A stretch of DNA of 64,000 bases, taken from IMG/VR virus record IMGVR_UViG_3300030688_000015; one strand, written 5' to 3'. The translations under genes were made by a program, and so were the position numbers. Each line of letters starts with the position of its first letter. Position 1 is the first letter of the stretch. The stretch comes from a virus. Shown piece by piece: positions 51,355 through 60,997 of this stretch. The notes beneath the pieces are model-generated. The model was not told the DNA's origin and ran no database searches. It saw only the letters and a list, made by a program, of their open reading frames with translations.

Positions 51355-52035
51355 ATTTTTTGAGTTATTACTTTAGTGGATGATCCATAAAAAATAATTT
51401 ATCAATTCTTTTATGTTATATTTTTTGTTTGATGTAGGTAAATTCACTTTAAATTTGTAAATTAACGTCTGTTTTAATCAAAATATACATTAAAATAATG
51501 GGAAAAACCTAGGGTAAGATTTCAATGGAAAATCTCTAATCCATGTAAACTATTGTTATTACTAGGTTTTTACTAATTCTAATTTTTGTCATTTTTCAGA
51601 AACTCGTGATTATAGAAAATCAAGATAATCACCCTCTTACAATTAATTCTCTTAAACTCCTACCTCTGGAAAGATTTTAGGAGAATTGCTTACATTTTCA
51701 ACTTGAGAAATAATGGGAAAAACCTAGGGTAAGATTCTAAATATCTCATTTTACTTTAGTGGATAATCCATAAAAATAAATTCAATGGATGATTCAATAT
51801 TTCCCTTTACTTCTTAACATTACTAACAATATTATACCTTATAGCTTTAATCTAAAGTTATATTTTTCAGTTATTACTTTACACTTCACCTTATAGATAT
51901 TAAAGTTATCTTTTAACTGTTTATACATAATATCTAAATAAACCCCCTTAAGGGGGGTTTATTTAGATAAATTTAATTCTCTTATTCAAGATAGTAAATG
52001 ATCCATAAAAATAAATTCAATGGATGATTCACGAA
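51355..52035. repeat. about 830-bp non-coding region with three interspersed repeat families
   Basis: aataatgggaaaaacctagggtaagatt occurs twice (51494, 51709). (a)gtggatgatccataaaaa(t)aaatt(caatggatgattca) occurs three times (51374, 51751, 51993). The 70-bp promoter-like repeat occurs at 51805..51875. Confidence 0.6.
51932..51968. terminator. bidirectional intrinsic terminator (near-perfect 36-bp palindrome)
   Basis: tctaaataaaCCCCCttaaGGGGGGtttatttaga: GC stem flanked by A-run and T-run on both sides. Confidence 0.6.
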
Positions 52036-52085
52036 AAATATTTTACCACTGATTGATGGCATTTATTTAGATCAATATTAAACTA

Positions 52086-52406
52086 TTATCCTCTCTTAGC
52101 TAAATCAACTAGATAAGCTTGTAAACCTAGTCTTATTATTTCCAGTTTCTCCTCTTTTGGCATATTTGTGTCATAATTAGACATATAGACTTGCATAAGG
52201 ATAAAACCTTCTTTAGAAAAAGCGAAGAATTTTGCTGGAGGTAAGTGACTCCCTGAACCTCTTAAGTTTCGTACCTCTGAATAGGTCTCAAAAATACCTA
52301 ACTTGATTGCAAGATTACTTTTAACTCCTCCATTATACGATGCATCTCCTTGTATAATAGAATCTATTATTCTCATTATGCCTTCGTAGTTGACTCCAAT
52401 TTTCAT
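52086..52406 (-). CDS. hypothetical protein
   Basis: 106-aa ORF. Confidence 0.4.
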   Translation of the reverse strand: MKIGVNYEGIMRIIDSIIQGDASYNGGVKSNLAIKLGIFETYSEVRNLRGSGSHLPPAKFFAFSKEGFILMQVYMSNYDTNMPKEEKLEIIRLGLQAYLVDLAKRG

Positions 52407-52541
52407 TTTCTCTCCTTTAGGGTATATTTTTATTAAAATCTCAAATAGGAGTTTTAAGCACTTTAATACTCTCTTTGAGTAGATTATCTCAAAAGTTATT
52501 TTAAAACCTCCAGAGCTCCTTTATTCTTGATTAATGATCAT

Positions 52542-53240
52542 TTATAAGTCTATTGTTGTTACGAGATATTCAACATCATAGTCTTCGTTTAAAATTGATA
52601 CATTATAAGCTGTTGTGTACTCATTGTATCTTACGCTCCCATGTGAACTGTGGATATGTCCAGATATAAAGACTTTAGGCTTACATTTATCTACTAAGAT
52701 ATTAAACTCTCGAGAACCATAATTTTTACTTATCTTAATCCCTCTGTTATCCTTCGACCAATCTAGCACATCTAGCATAGGTGAGTGGGAGATAATTATG
52801 TCATACTCTGTTTCTACTGAGTTTACGAATCTTTCTATTGTAGAGTCTTCTGCATAAAAAGCCCAACCTAGTAACTGAGGTATCATAGAGATTCCTAAGA
52901 TTGAGAATCCATTAATGTTACACTCATCATTTATTAATACTTTTACACCAGATTCCTCAGCTTTATCTATGAAATCAAATAAGTATCCTTCAGATCTAAG
53001 TTTATTTCCCATGTATTTATCCATACCTAGATCATGGTTACCTGGAACAAGAATCTTGTTTTCAGCCTTAAAGTCACTAAACCATTCTAGAAATTCAAAA
53101 GATTCCTTTCTTGTTCCAGTTATAGTAGCATCTCCAGCATGAACAAGAATAGCTTTTGGATTTTCTTTTACGAGTAGCTCTACTTCTTGAGTTATTTCTC
53201 TATGCTTACAATGAGTATCACTTAAAGCTATAATTCTCAA
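52542..53240 (-). CDS. calcineurin-like metallophosphoesterase
   Basis: IIALSDTH, HAGDAT, VPGNHD, ISGHIH motifs. Confidence 0.6.
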   Translation of the reverse strand: MRIIALSDTHCKHREITQEVELLVKENPKAILVHAGDATITGTRKESFEFLEWFSDFKAENKILVPGNHDLGMDKYMGNKLRSEGYLFDFIDKAEESGVKVLINDECNINGFSILGISMIPQLLGWAFYAEDSTIERFVNSVETEYDIIISHSPMLDVLDWSKDNRGIKISKNYGSREFNILVDKCKPKVFISGHIHSSHGSVRYNEYTTAYNVSILNEDYDVEYLVTTIDL

Positions 53241-53951
53241 TCAGTACATCCTTCTTTTGATGGTGGCTATAGACTTGGAGTTGAATGTATCTGTAAATTT
53301 TTTCCAACCAGAATATAAGTTTCTTTCAGGCATACTTAGGGAATTAATAAATTCTTTCGTATCAAAAAGATTCTCTGCATAATTAATCATAGGATTCCAG
53401 GATGTTGGGATATTAATTTCATAATAATCCAATCTCCAAATTAGAGGTAGAATTTTAATGTCTAAGATAGAGAGATCATCATTAAATAAGAACTCAATTT
53501 TATTTTTCTTGCTTTCTAATAGGAAAATTTTAGAAAGTTTATCCAAGTTTCCCCTTATATTCTCTTTCAGCACTAAAGCTCTACTTTTCTTTCGAGTTTC
53601 GTTTTCAACTTTGATATTGTGCATTTCTCGTAGAGGAGTAAAAATTTCTCTATCAAAACTATACACGAGAGATCTTAATCTAGCTTTTTCTATCGCTTCT
53701 ATAGGTAAAACTTGAGGATATGGAAAATGTTCTTCTAAGAATTCAAACATAATCTGCATTTCTGTTAATATTAAATTCTCTTTTTTCTTATCCGCTGAAG
53801 TTTCTACTAAGACAGGAGTTTCATTCTGAGGATTAATTAACAGTAAATCTTCTCTATTATCTTGAGTTTTATAATTTAAATCCTTTATGCTTAAAATCAA
53901 TCTGGCTTGGTGCGAGAAAGGACACAAAGGATCATTGTGCAAGTGTATCAA
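53241..53951 (-). CDS. GST-fold/glutaredoxin-2-like protein
   Basis: N-terminal thioredoxin-fold CPFS (CPxC-like) in MIHLHNDPLCPFSHQARLIL. About 236 aa, like Grx2/GST. Confidence 0.4.
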   Translation of the reverse strand: MIHLHNDPLCPFSHQARLILSIKDLNYKTQDNREDLLLINPQNETPVLVETSADKKKENLILTEMQIMFEFLEEHFPYPQVLPIEAIEKARLRSLVYSFDREIFTPLREMHNIKVENETRKKSRALVLKENIRGNLDKLSKIFLLESKKNKIEFLFNDDLSILDIKILPLIWRLDYYEINIPTSWNPMINYAENLFDTKEFINSLSMPERNLYSGWKKFTDTFNSKSIATIKRRMY

Positions 53952-53980
53952 TTTTATTTCCTTAATATTTTGTTGTTTTA

Positions 53981-54130
53981 TTAGATTCTGGATTCATTCC
54001 AAACATCTAAAGGTTTCTCCAAGGGTATTGGCTTTGTTACTGAGTAAGTTCCTAAGATAGCTGTTATTACTGCAATTACTCCTATAAGGAATAATCCACC
54101 TAACAATCTTCTATACATTCTTACATTCAT
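53981..54130 (-). CDS. small membrane protein (start taken at the ATG of AAGGAAATGAAATG, MNVRMY...)
   Basis: TM LLGGLFLIGVIAVITAILG. The track ORF begins 42 nt further upstream, inside leader sequence. Confidence 0.4.
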   Translation of the reverse strand: MNVRMYRRLLGGLFLIGVIAVITAILGTYSVTKPIPLEKPLDVWNESRI

Positions 54131-54200
54131 TTCATTTCCTTTCAACTTTGGTTCAGTTAATAATTTTACCATAAAAAATTATTTTTGAGGGATCTTATTT

Positions 54201-54347
54201 TAATTCTGAATAAGCTATCATCCTCTCTTGTTCTCTTTCTTTGGAGAGTTCTAAGAAATCTCCCATTTTTTGAAATAAAGCTTCAAAAGAGAGTCTAGAT
54301 TCCATCATGTCTTTATATAAACTTTCAAGTTCTATTCTCTCTTTCAT
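54201..54347 (-). CDS. small hypothetical protein (48 aa) not in the ORF track, with AAGGAAATGAAATG start context
   Basis: MKERIELESLYKDMMESRLSFEALFQKMGDFLELSKEREQERMIAYSELK. Confidence 0.35.
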
Positions 54348-54366
54348 TTCATTTCCTTAGTAGCTT

Positions 54367-55293
54367 TTAGTAATTTTTTTCAAGGTATTCTTTAAAAGTT
54401 TCTAAAGCTTTTTTACCAAACTTAGACTCAGGATTTAAAAAAGCTTTGAATAATTCTTTAGAAGTTTTACCACTCATCAAGTCTAAATAACCTTCCATGT
54501 TTTCAGGAGCAATTACATAACCAGAAGTCATTGAACCTTGAACTTTCCAGTCTACACTGTATATTTTCTCTATAACATCTAAGTCTAAAATTTTCTTTCT
54601 ATCCTTTTTAGAGAAATTAGCATACTCTTCTGATTTCTCTGCAAGATGTTTCTTGTAACTTTGTAACTCCCAATCGGAATTCCCGTGAGATTTCTCCTTA
54701 TAGCATTCAGCAGTTATTTTGTCTTCACACTTTGAAGGCTCTGGTTGGAAATCCGATTCTGGTTGATTTGCGACTTCTTGTGAGTTTTCTTTCAACCAAT
54801 TTCTCATGTAAACATAAACAGAAGATTTTTTAAATTGAGAAGCACCATCTTTAGAAAGCAACTCCATAAGTTCATCTAGGCTTACTTGAGGATTTGTATT
54901 CATGATGATATTAACTCGATCTCTTAAAGAGAATTTTTTATTGTTAATTTTTTTCCATTTAGAAATATATCTTTTTATGCTTAAATGATTAGGAGAAGGA
55001 ATTACTTTCCTTAATTCATATAAAACATCTCTAAAAACGGGAATAACTCCAGAATCTAGTAGTAGGAAAACTTTAGCTTCAAGAGTTTCGAATTTCTTAT
55101 TTTTAATCTCAAATCTAGAAATTTTGAAAAGACCTGGTATACCCTTAAGACTAAGCAAGCCTCTTTCTTTGTTAGTAGAAAACATATCTTGGCTAACACG
55201 ATTAACAGTGTATTCTTTGCCTTTAACTAATCCTAGTGATCCTGAAGAATCTTTGCAGATTACAACATCACCTTCAACAATTTTTTTAACCAT
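54367..55293 (-). CDS. hypothetical protein
   Basis: 308-aa ORF. Confidence 0.5.
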   Translation of the reverse strand: MVKKIVEGDVVICKDSSGSLGLVKGKEYTVNRVSQDMFSTNKERGLLSLKGIPGLFKISRFEIKNKKFETLEAKVFLLLDSGVIPVFRDVLYELRKVIPSPNHLSIKRYISKWKKINNKKFSLRDRVNIIMNTNPQVSLDELMELLSKDGASQFKKSSVYVYMRNWLKENSQEVANQPESDFQPEPSKCEDKITAECYKEKSHGNSDWELQSYKKHLAEKSEEYANFSKKDRKKILDLDVIEKIYSVDWKVQGSMTSGYVIAPENMEGYLDLMSGKTSKELFKAFLNPESKFGKKALETFKEYLEKNY

Positions 55294-55358
55294 TTCTATT
55301 CCTCAAAAATTTATTAGTAACAATATTATACTGCAGTTAAGATCCACTGAGTGATATT

Positions 55359-55841
55359 TTAATGTGCTAAAGTATATTTTCCATAAAATTTAGTTTTGTT
55401 TTTTAAAACTAACTCAAAAGTATTAAGTTTTTTCCAAGTAAATCTGTGCAAACTTTCCATAGGTTCTTTAAGTAACTCTACACACTTTAAAGATAAAGCT
55501 GCTGCAGCATGATCTTGAGATACATACCTTCCAACAAATTCCTGTCCATTGAAATTTACGAGTATGTCTTTGTCTATTAAATCTGGGACTCTAATTGGTT
55601 TCAGCTTAGATTCTTCTAAGATCTTTTTATCCATTTCAATTAATTCATCTCTTGAATTCAAAAGACCAGAAGATTCTATAGCTAGTTGAATTGGTGACTT
55701 CTCTTTCTGATTTTCTATAAACTTATTAATAACCTCAGTTATTTCTTCCTGAGTGCAATCTTCTTTGTATTTATCTCTAATTAGATCAGGTCTATTTCCT
55801 TCCGCTAATTCTCTAAATATTTTTTCTTGTGGTTGATTCAT
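55359..55841 (-). CDS. hypothetical protein
   Basis: 160-aa ORF. Confidence 0.45.
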   Translation of the reverse strand: MNQPQEKIFRELAEGNRPDLIRDKYKEDCTQEEITEVINKFIENQKEKSPIQLAIESSGLLNSRDELIEMDKKILEESKLKPIRVPDLIDKDILVNFNGQEFVGRYVSQDHAAAALSLKCVELLKEPMESLHRFTWKKLNTFELVLKNKTKFYGKYTLAH

Positions 55842-55882
55842 TAAATTTTTCCTTATGGTAAATTCACTAAAATTTTTACGGA

Positions 55883-56122
55883 TTATAAAATTTCTTTAAT
55901 ACTCTCTTGGTTATTAACTATAAATTTCAAAATATAGATTTCCTCTTCTTTTGATACACTAAGACCATAATCATTAACACGATCTAGTATAGGATAGATA
56001 ATTCCAGAACCTAAAGGTTCTTCCACAAAGCAAGTTTGTACAATTCTACCATCATGTAGAGTGATTATGAATCCGTTTATTTCTTGACTAAACTCGATTG
56101 TTTTAATTAATTTATCTTTCAT
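55883..56122 (-). CDS. small hypothetical protein, paralog of 61227..61571 (start trimmed to the cassette ATG)
   Basis: MKDKLIKTIEFSQEINGFIITLHDGRIV vs MINELIDSMEFSKDFRGYILKLYDGRKV. Confidence 0.5.
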   Translation of the reverse strand: MKDKLIKTIEFSQEINGFIITLHDGRIVQTCFVEEPLGSGIIYPILDRVNDYGLSVSKEEEIYILKFIVNNQESIKEIL

Positions 56123-56205
56123 TTCATTTCCTTTCAAGTTCTAAGTTGAACCACTCAACTCCATAACAATATTATACTACAATGGAATTCCATTGAGGGA
56201 TATTT
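56123..56205 (-). promoter_or_regulatory. conserved promoter/5'UTR cassette (copy 1): 16-bp palindrome CAATGGAATTCCATTG, -10 TATAAT, UTR hairpin AGTTGA/TCAACT, RBS AAAGGAAATGAAATG
   Basis: Reverse complement: aaaatatccctCAATGGAATTCCATTGtagTATAATattgttatggAGTTGAgtggTTCAACTtagaacttgAAAGGAAatgaaATG. Confidence 0.6.
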
Positions 56206-56211
56206 TAAAAG

Positions 56212-56673
56212 TTAATTTATCTTGTTGATGAACTTTATTATATAATAAAGTAAAATAAAGAATCCTAAAGGAGGACAAAGCAAACTGAAGATTATTAAAA
56301 GGAATCTTAATAAAAAGTAATAAAATTTATCAGGATCCATATTTATTTTAAAAGATTTTTCAGTTGTTTCGTGATCGTCTAATAATTTTTCCTGATAAAA
56401 TTTTGATTCTACAATTTCTTCATTTACATTAAAAATCTTCTGTCTTTCAAGTAAGTACTTCCAATAACATTCTGTTACAGCTTCAGACAAGAGGTTACCT
56501 TCAGATTGACCTTTCAAAGGCTGAAGTATTTTAGTGTAATTTCCTTTAGGATTATAAACTGCAATTGCACCTACCCCACCGTAATAACAATGAGCTTTGT
56601 TGCCTTCTACATACCCTATCATTTTCTGATCTGAATATATGTAATCTCTATCCATTTTATTCACCTTTGGCAT
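56212..56673 (-). CDS. hypothetical C-tail-anchored membrane protein, paralog of 57252..57776
   Basis: IGYVEGNKAHCYYGGVGAIAVY vs IGYVDGDKAYANCRGGGHVATY; both end with a TM helix. Confidence 0.5.
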   Translation of the reverse strand: MPKVNKMDRDYIYSDQKMIGYVEGNKAHCYYGGVGAIAVYNPKGNYTKILQPLKGQSEGNLLSEAVTECYWKYLLERQKIFNVNEEIVESKFYQEKLLDDHETTEKSFKINMDPDKFYYFLLRFLLIIFSLLCPPLGFFILLYYIIKFINKIN

Positions 56674-56677
56674 CCAC

Positions 56678-56947
56678 TTAGTTACACCATTTTGAGACTA
56701 ATAAGCCTGGATAAGTCCCACCACATTTATTACTTACCTCTGTGACAAAATCAAAATAATCTGTCATTATGTCTGAATTATTCTGAAACCCTGCTATCTC
56801 CTGAATTTTACCTGTCAAAGTAGATAAAAGTTCTCCTTCAGCTTCCAACTTTACAATTATCCATCTATTAGAAGTTACAGAACACTTAACTCCATTTTCT
56901 TTAGTTAAACTTTTAACTTTTCTCTTAAATTCTTGCAAGGTGATCAT
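56678..56947 (-). CDS. hypothetical protein
   Basis: 89-aa ORF. Confidence 0.4.
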   Translation of the reverse strand: MITLQEFKRKVKSLTKENGVKCSVTSNRWIIVKLEAEGELLSTLTGKIQEIAGFQNNSDIMTDYFDFVTEVSNKCGGTYPGLLVSKWCN

Positions 56948-57167
56948 TTGAATTCCTAACAGTTACATAAATAATTAAATAAATCTAGCATACTTGGACT
57001 AAGTTTTATTGCTACTGCTAGCATGGTTACATCAAACATAACCCACCAATTGATTTTCTTTTTCAAATGTTTCATGATTAATCCTCAATTGGAAAATATT
57101 TAGAATAAAATCCCACAGGACTAGTAATTTTAATTTTTCTTTTTGTGATTCTCTTATTGGTTTTCAT

Positions 57168-57250
57168 TTCATTTCCTTTCAAGTTCTAAGTTGAATAACT
57201 CAACTCCATAACAATATTATACTACAAAGGAATTCCATTTAGTAATATTA
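57168..57250 (-). promoter_or_regulatory. promoter/5'UTR cassette (copy 2) driving two tiny ORFs (29 and 39 aa; the latter a hydrophobic peptide) at about 56956..57167
   Basis: Same architecture; palindrome variant aaaGGAATTCCattt. Confidence 0.5.
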
Positions 57251-57251
57251 T

Positions 57252-57776
57252 TTAGTTATTTGATTTAGATAAATGGATAAAGAACTTAATTACACAGTAC
57301 CAAAATAAACCTACTCCAAAAGAATAAGGATAGATAAAAGATAGAATAATCACTATTAATAAAATAGTCATTTTTATCTTTTCAAATGTAGTAGCTTTAG
57401 AATTAGACTTAGAATTGGAAGAATATTTCTTTTCCAATTCTTTCATTTTAGATTTATATGCTTTCTCGTCTTTAATCTTTTTAGCTAGATCCTCCGCAGC
57501 TTTCCTCTTATCATCTTGAGCCTTATGAATATCTTCTTGCCATTTTTTAGCTTCCCTCTCAACATCTTGAGATTTATAGTAAGATGCAAATACAGCAGCC
57601 TGTAAGCAATTTCCTCTGTAGCTACCTCCAATATTTCCCATGTAGTCAGTACGATCCATGTTAGCGAAGTAAGTAGCTACATGACCTCCACCTCTACAAT
57701 TAGCATAAGCCTTATCTCCATCTACGTACCCAATACATTTTGCACCAATACATATATCATTTCTAGCCATAATCAA
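57252..57776 (-). CDS. hypothetical C-tail-anchored membrane protein, paralog of 56212..56673
   Basis: See 56212..56673. Confidence 0.5.
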   Translation of the reverse strand: MIMARNDICIGAKCIGYVDGDKAYANCRGGGHVATYFANMDRTDYMGNIGGSYRGNCLQAAVFASYYKSQDVEREAKKWQEDIHKAQDDKRKAAEDLAKKIKDEKAYKSKMKELEKKYSSNSKSNSKATTFEKIKMTILLIVIILSFIYPYSFGVGLFWYCVIKFFIHLSKSNN

Positions 57777-57793
57777 TTCTCCTTATAGTAATC

Positions 57794-58033
57794 CTAGTTG
57801 TGCCTAATTTCTACTGCTGCATAGCCTCCGTGATAATGGCTTCTGTATCCAAAAACTTCTGCGGGAATTCCTTCCTCAAGATACCTATTGACTATCTCTG
57901 AAGCTCTCATTCTTGTATGTATTTCAGCATTCAATATGTTCTCTTCTGTTAATTTAGTTTTTATAACTTTTTTATATCTGTAATTTCTAATATTAGGTTT
58001 CATTTCTTTTATTCTTGTACTTTTGTTTGACAA
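57794..58033 (-). CDS. hypothetical protein
   Basis: 79-aa ORF. Confidence 0.4.
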   Translation of the reverse strand: MSNKSTRIKEMKPNIRNYRYKKVIKTKLTEENILNAEIHTRMRASEIVNRYLEEGIPAEVFGYRSHYHGGYAAVEIRHN

Positions 58034-58605
58034 TTTTTAATAAGTTCAATGAGTTTTTCTTGATATTTCTTTCCTGAAGATTCCAACTCTTTATATAATT
58101 CTGAAACATCCCATTTTAAACCTTTCTCCTCAAGTCTATCTTTTACACTAGTCAAAATAGCAGAATATATTACGTTGCCTATTCTATTATCTCCACTATA
58201 AATAGCATTAGATGTACTAAAAACTTCAAATACTCCTTCAACGCCGTAAAGATATCCAAGTTTTCTTTTAACTTTCTTCTCCTCCTTTTCATTTTGGAAT
58301 TTAGTTTTAAGGTAGGAAATAGCTGCTTTAATCCCCTCTCTTTTTTCAGGAAGCACATTTAAATTTTCAAAAATATAACAAAGAAATGGTGCTTTAATCT
58401 TTTCTAAATCCATATTTGGTTTGCAATTAGACAATATTTCTTTAAATACAGGATTAGAATAATCTACTTTACCTTCATAAGTATAAAGAGTATATTTTAA
58501 ATCAAAAGTTTCTACAGCTCTAAGTAACCAAGAAGGTACATAACTTACATCTATCCCAACTTTTTCGTAACCAGATTTTCTAAATTCATCAACAAATTTT
58601 CCCAT
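58009..58605 (-). CDS. hypothetical protein (start trimmed to the cassette ATG, MGKFVDE...)
   Basis: The track ORF's first 14 aa (MKLRNFNLELKGNE) are translated from the UTR hairpin and RBS. Confidence 0.5.
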   Translation of the reverse strand: MGKFVDEFRKSGYEKVGIDVSYVPSWLLRAVETFDLKYTLYTYEGKVDYSNPVFKEILSNCKPNMDLEKIKAPFLCYIFENLNVLPEKREGIKAAISYLKTKFQNEKEEKKVKRKLGYLYGVEGVFEVFSTSNAIYSGDNRIGNVIYSAILTSVKDRLEEKGLKWDVSELYKELESSGKKYQEKLIELIKNCQTKVQE

Positions 58606-58690
58606 TTCATTTCCTTTCAATTCTAAGTTGAAATTCCTCAACTTCATAACAATATTATACTACAATGGAATTACATTGAGTGATATTGTT
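58606..58690 (-). promoter_or_regulatory. promoter/5'UTR cassette (copy 3)
   Basis: caatggaattacattg / tataat / aagttgaGGAATTtcaactt / aaggaaatgaaatg. Confidence 0.55.
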
Positions 58691-58699
58691 TAACTTTAT

Positions 58700-59311
58700 T
58701 TATGCTATGAGTAATTCTAATTCTGGAGGTAGTGATTCATCTAGATGCCTCTTAGCATTGATGAACATTTGTTTACAATTATCATAACCTAAGGTAGTTT
58801 CACTAATGTCTTCAACAAATTCACCTTCAGGGTCCATAACTTCACAAGAATATACTTCACCTCTAACATAAAAGTCATAGTTTTTAACTTCCATCTGTAA
58901 TACTTTGTGGGCTTTTTCTAAGATTTTCTTAGTTATTCTTTTACAACCATATTCTTTACGCAAATCATCTTTAGTTATGAAAACAAAACCAAGTTGTCCA
59001 GAATCAAATTTACATCCTCCAGTGCCTAAATAAATTGTAATCCCAGAATGTTCATACATTGATAGAGGTTCAATTATGGCTATATCTTGTAATTTTTGCA
59101 GTTCCTTAGAAACTTCATCCCAAGAGTTAAAATCTCTAATATCTAGAGAATCATTAATTATTTCATCACCTAGAGTATAATTTTTATGGTGACAATACAT
59201 CTTAGTTAGTTTATGCCAATTTCTTGGATTCATATACTCTTCTAAGTCTTCAGAGTGAGTTAGTATTATCTTGTGATTTTTATATTCCATAGACTCTAAT
59301 ATGTTGTACAT
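58700..59311 (-). CDS. hypothetical protein (start trimmed to the cassette ATG, MYNILES...)
   Basis: 203-aa ORF. Confidence 0.5.
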   Translation of the reverse strand: MYNILESMEYKNHKIILTHSEDLEEYMNPRNWHKLTKMYCHHKNYTLGDEIINDSLDIRDFNSWDEVSKELQKLQDIAIIEPLSMYEHSGITIYLGTGGCKFDSGQLGFVFITKDDLRKEYGCKRITKKILEKAHKVLQMEVKNYDFYVRGEVYSCEVMDPEGEFVEDISETTLGYDNCKQMFINAKRHLDESLPPELELLIA

Positions 59312-59395
59312 TTCATTTCCTTTCAATTATTAAGCTGAATAACTCAACTCCATAACAATATTATACTATAATGGAATTTCATTTAGGGATATTGT
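59312..59395 (-). promoter_or_regulatory. promoter/5'UTR cassette (copy 4); the hairpin has a compensatory variant AGTTGA/TCAGCT
   Basis: ataatggaatttcatttag / tataat / hairpin / aaggaaatgaaatg. Confidence 0.55.
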
Positions 59396-59421
59396 TTAAA
59401 TTTTCATTTTAAATCCTAAAA

Positions 59422-59697
59422 TTAGTTACTTTCTAAATCGCATTCAATCCATTCTCCGTGAGCGTAATAATGGGTGCTAATTATCTCTTCAATATAACCA
59501 TCTCTCCCCATATTATTACCAAAAATATCAACAAACTGGACGTTACGCTCAAAATCTCCAACTTTAATTGGTTTACTATCAGGACAAGGAAAACATTCAA
59601 TTGTACCTTCATTTAATGTTGAAGTTTTAACAGTATATAATACAGTATGATTTCCAGGATTTATAATTGGTTTTGTTGTTTTATTTAATTTTTTCAT
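59422..59697 (-). CDS. hypothetical protein
   Basis: 91-aa ORF. Confidence 0.45.
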   Translation of the reverse strand: MKKLNKTTKPIINPGNHTVLYTVKTSTLNEGTIECFPCPDSKPIKVGDFERNVQFVDIFGNNMGRDGYIEEIISTHYYAHGEWIECDLESN

Positions 59698-59812
59698 TTT
59701 TAACTTCTAAAAATTGTTATTAATTAGTTATTTTCTATTAATTCCTAAGTTGAACAACTCAACTCACTAACAATATTATACCATAATGGAATTTCATTGA
59801 GGAATATTTTAT
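59698..59812 (-). promoter_or_regulatory. promoter/5'UTR cassette (copy 5, variant with longer UTR and different RBS)
   Basis: ataatggaatttcattgag / tataat / gagttgttcaact hairpin retained. Confidence 0.45.
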
Positions 59813-59824
59813 AAGATTTTAAAA

Positions 59825-60325
59825 TCAGCCATACCATCTTTCAATATTAAACTCATCCTCCTCAACTTCATCTTTAAGCCTAGGATCGTATAGTTCACCT
59901 AAAAGCACGTATGTAGCAAATGAGTTTATAAATACCTCTCCATTCACACCAACCCAATCCATAGTAGACAGAGTTATTGTAGGTACTTTATTTTTGTAAT
60001 CAACATTTCTACTATCCCAAAGATTCTCATATGTGTCTTCGAAAAATAGATCATATTTACATCTTATACTTACTCTCACGTTTTCTAAGTCTAAAGCATT
60101 TACAATGTCTATAGCTTTGAGAGTATCATTCTCTGTAAATCCACTAGTTATTATTGAATAGATTTCTCCACCTAAGAAATCTCCTAAGAATTGGGCTTTC
60201 TCGTATCCAAAACACTTATATTTAGAATCGTAATCTCTTGGATATTGACTCATTACTATTTCTTCTAAATTTTTCCAATTAGATAACTCTCTCATAACAT
60301 CTAAGTTTATATCTGCTATTTCCAT
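59825..60325 (-). CDS. hypothetical protein (start trimmed to MEIADIN...)
   Basis: 167-aa ORF. Confidence 0.5.
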   Translation of the reverse strand: MEIADINLDVMRELSNWKNLEEIVMSQYPRDYDSKYKCFGYEKAQFLGDFLGGEIYSIITSGFTENDTLKAIDIVNALDLENVRVSIRCKYDLFFEDTYENLWDSRNVDYKNKVPTITLSTMDWVGVNGEVFINSFATYVLLGELYDPRLKDEVEEDEFNIERWYG

Positions 60326-60405
60326 GATTTCATTTCCTATCAATTATTAAGTTAAAACTCAAACCACTAACAATATAATACTTTAGTGGTTTGGGGATAT
60401 TGATT
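60326..60405 (-). promoter_or_regulatory. promoter/5'UTR cassette (copy 6, degenerate)
   Basis: RBS ggaaatgaaatcatg retained; -10 and palindrome diverged. Confidence 0.35.
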
Positions 60406-60435
60406 TCAAAAACTTATCATTTTTAATCCCAATGT

Positions 60436-60842
60436 TTAATCATCAAATTCTATGTCATTTGGGCTATAAGAATCACCATTTGTATCGTAGAATATTGTTG
60501 AAGGTAGAATCGCAAGTAGTCTTTCATAATCTTTGGCAAGAAATAAGTAAGTTCCTTGGTTTCTAAAATCATCAACATGTACATAAATTCTAAAAGACTC
60601 ATCATCTAAGTTTAGAGTTGCTTCTGCATTATTAACAGAAGGATGCACACCAAATAAAGTATTTTGAGTATCATAGTCTTCTTGATGCTCCTGGGGTACC
60701 ACTAATATACTTGTATTATACCAAAAGCTAGAAGGGTCTATACTCCAACCATCTGCGGCAAAATATTTTTGCCAATCTTTACCATTTATTGAAACCCCGA
60801 AACTTGGAAAGTCTTTAAAACTACATTTTCTTTTTTACTCAT
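60436..60842 (-). pseudogene. gene interrupted by a -1 frame change: cassette ATG gives MSKKENVVLKTFQVSGFQ-stop, and the rest continues in the -1 frame to 60436
   Basis: Frame change near the A6G run (agtAAAAAAGaa) 6 nt after the start. The downstream frame is open upstream to the cassette without its own ATG (the track uses a GTG at 60702). Confidence 0.4.
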
Positions 60843-60930
60843 TTCATTTCCTTTCAATTATTAATTAAGTTGAAATTCCTCAACTCACTAACGATATTAT
60901 ACTACAATAGAATTACACTGGGGAATATTC
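60843..60930 (-). promoter_or_regulatory. promoter/5'UTR cassette (copy 7); first minus-strand promoter next to the strand-switch
   Basis: caatagaattacactg / tataat (atcgttagtgag) / gagttgaGGAATTtcaact / aaggaaatgaaatg. Confidence 0.5.
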
Positions 60931-60997
60931 TTTTGCAAAAATTAAGTTATCTATTTCGAGAGCTCTACTTTAATTAAATATTTAAATATAATTTATT

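Noticed and set aside
58606-58647. N-terminal extensions MKLRNFNLELKGNEM / MRNFNLKLKGNEM / MKGNEM on several track ORFs, which might look like a shared signal peptide or domain
   Set aside because: They are translations of the conserved UTR hairpin and RBS (the ...ggaatttcaacttaaaattgaaaggaaatgaaATG stretch). The ATG with proper spacing to AAGGA is the last one. Copies with GTG substitutions confirm this.
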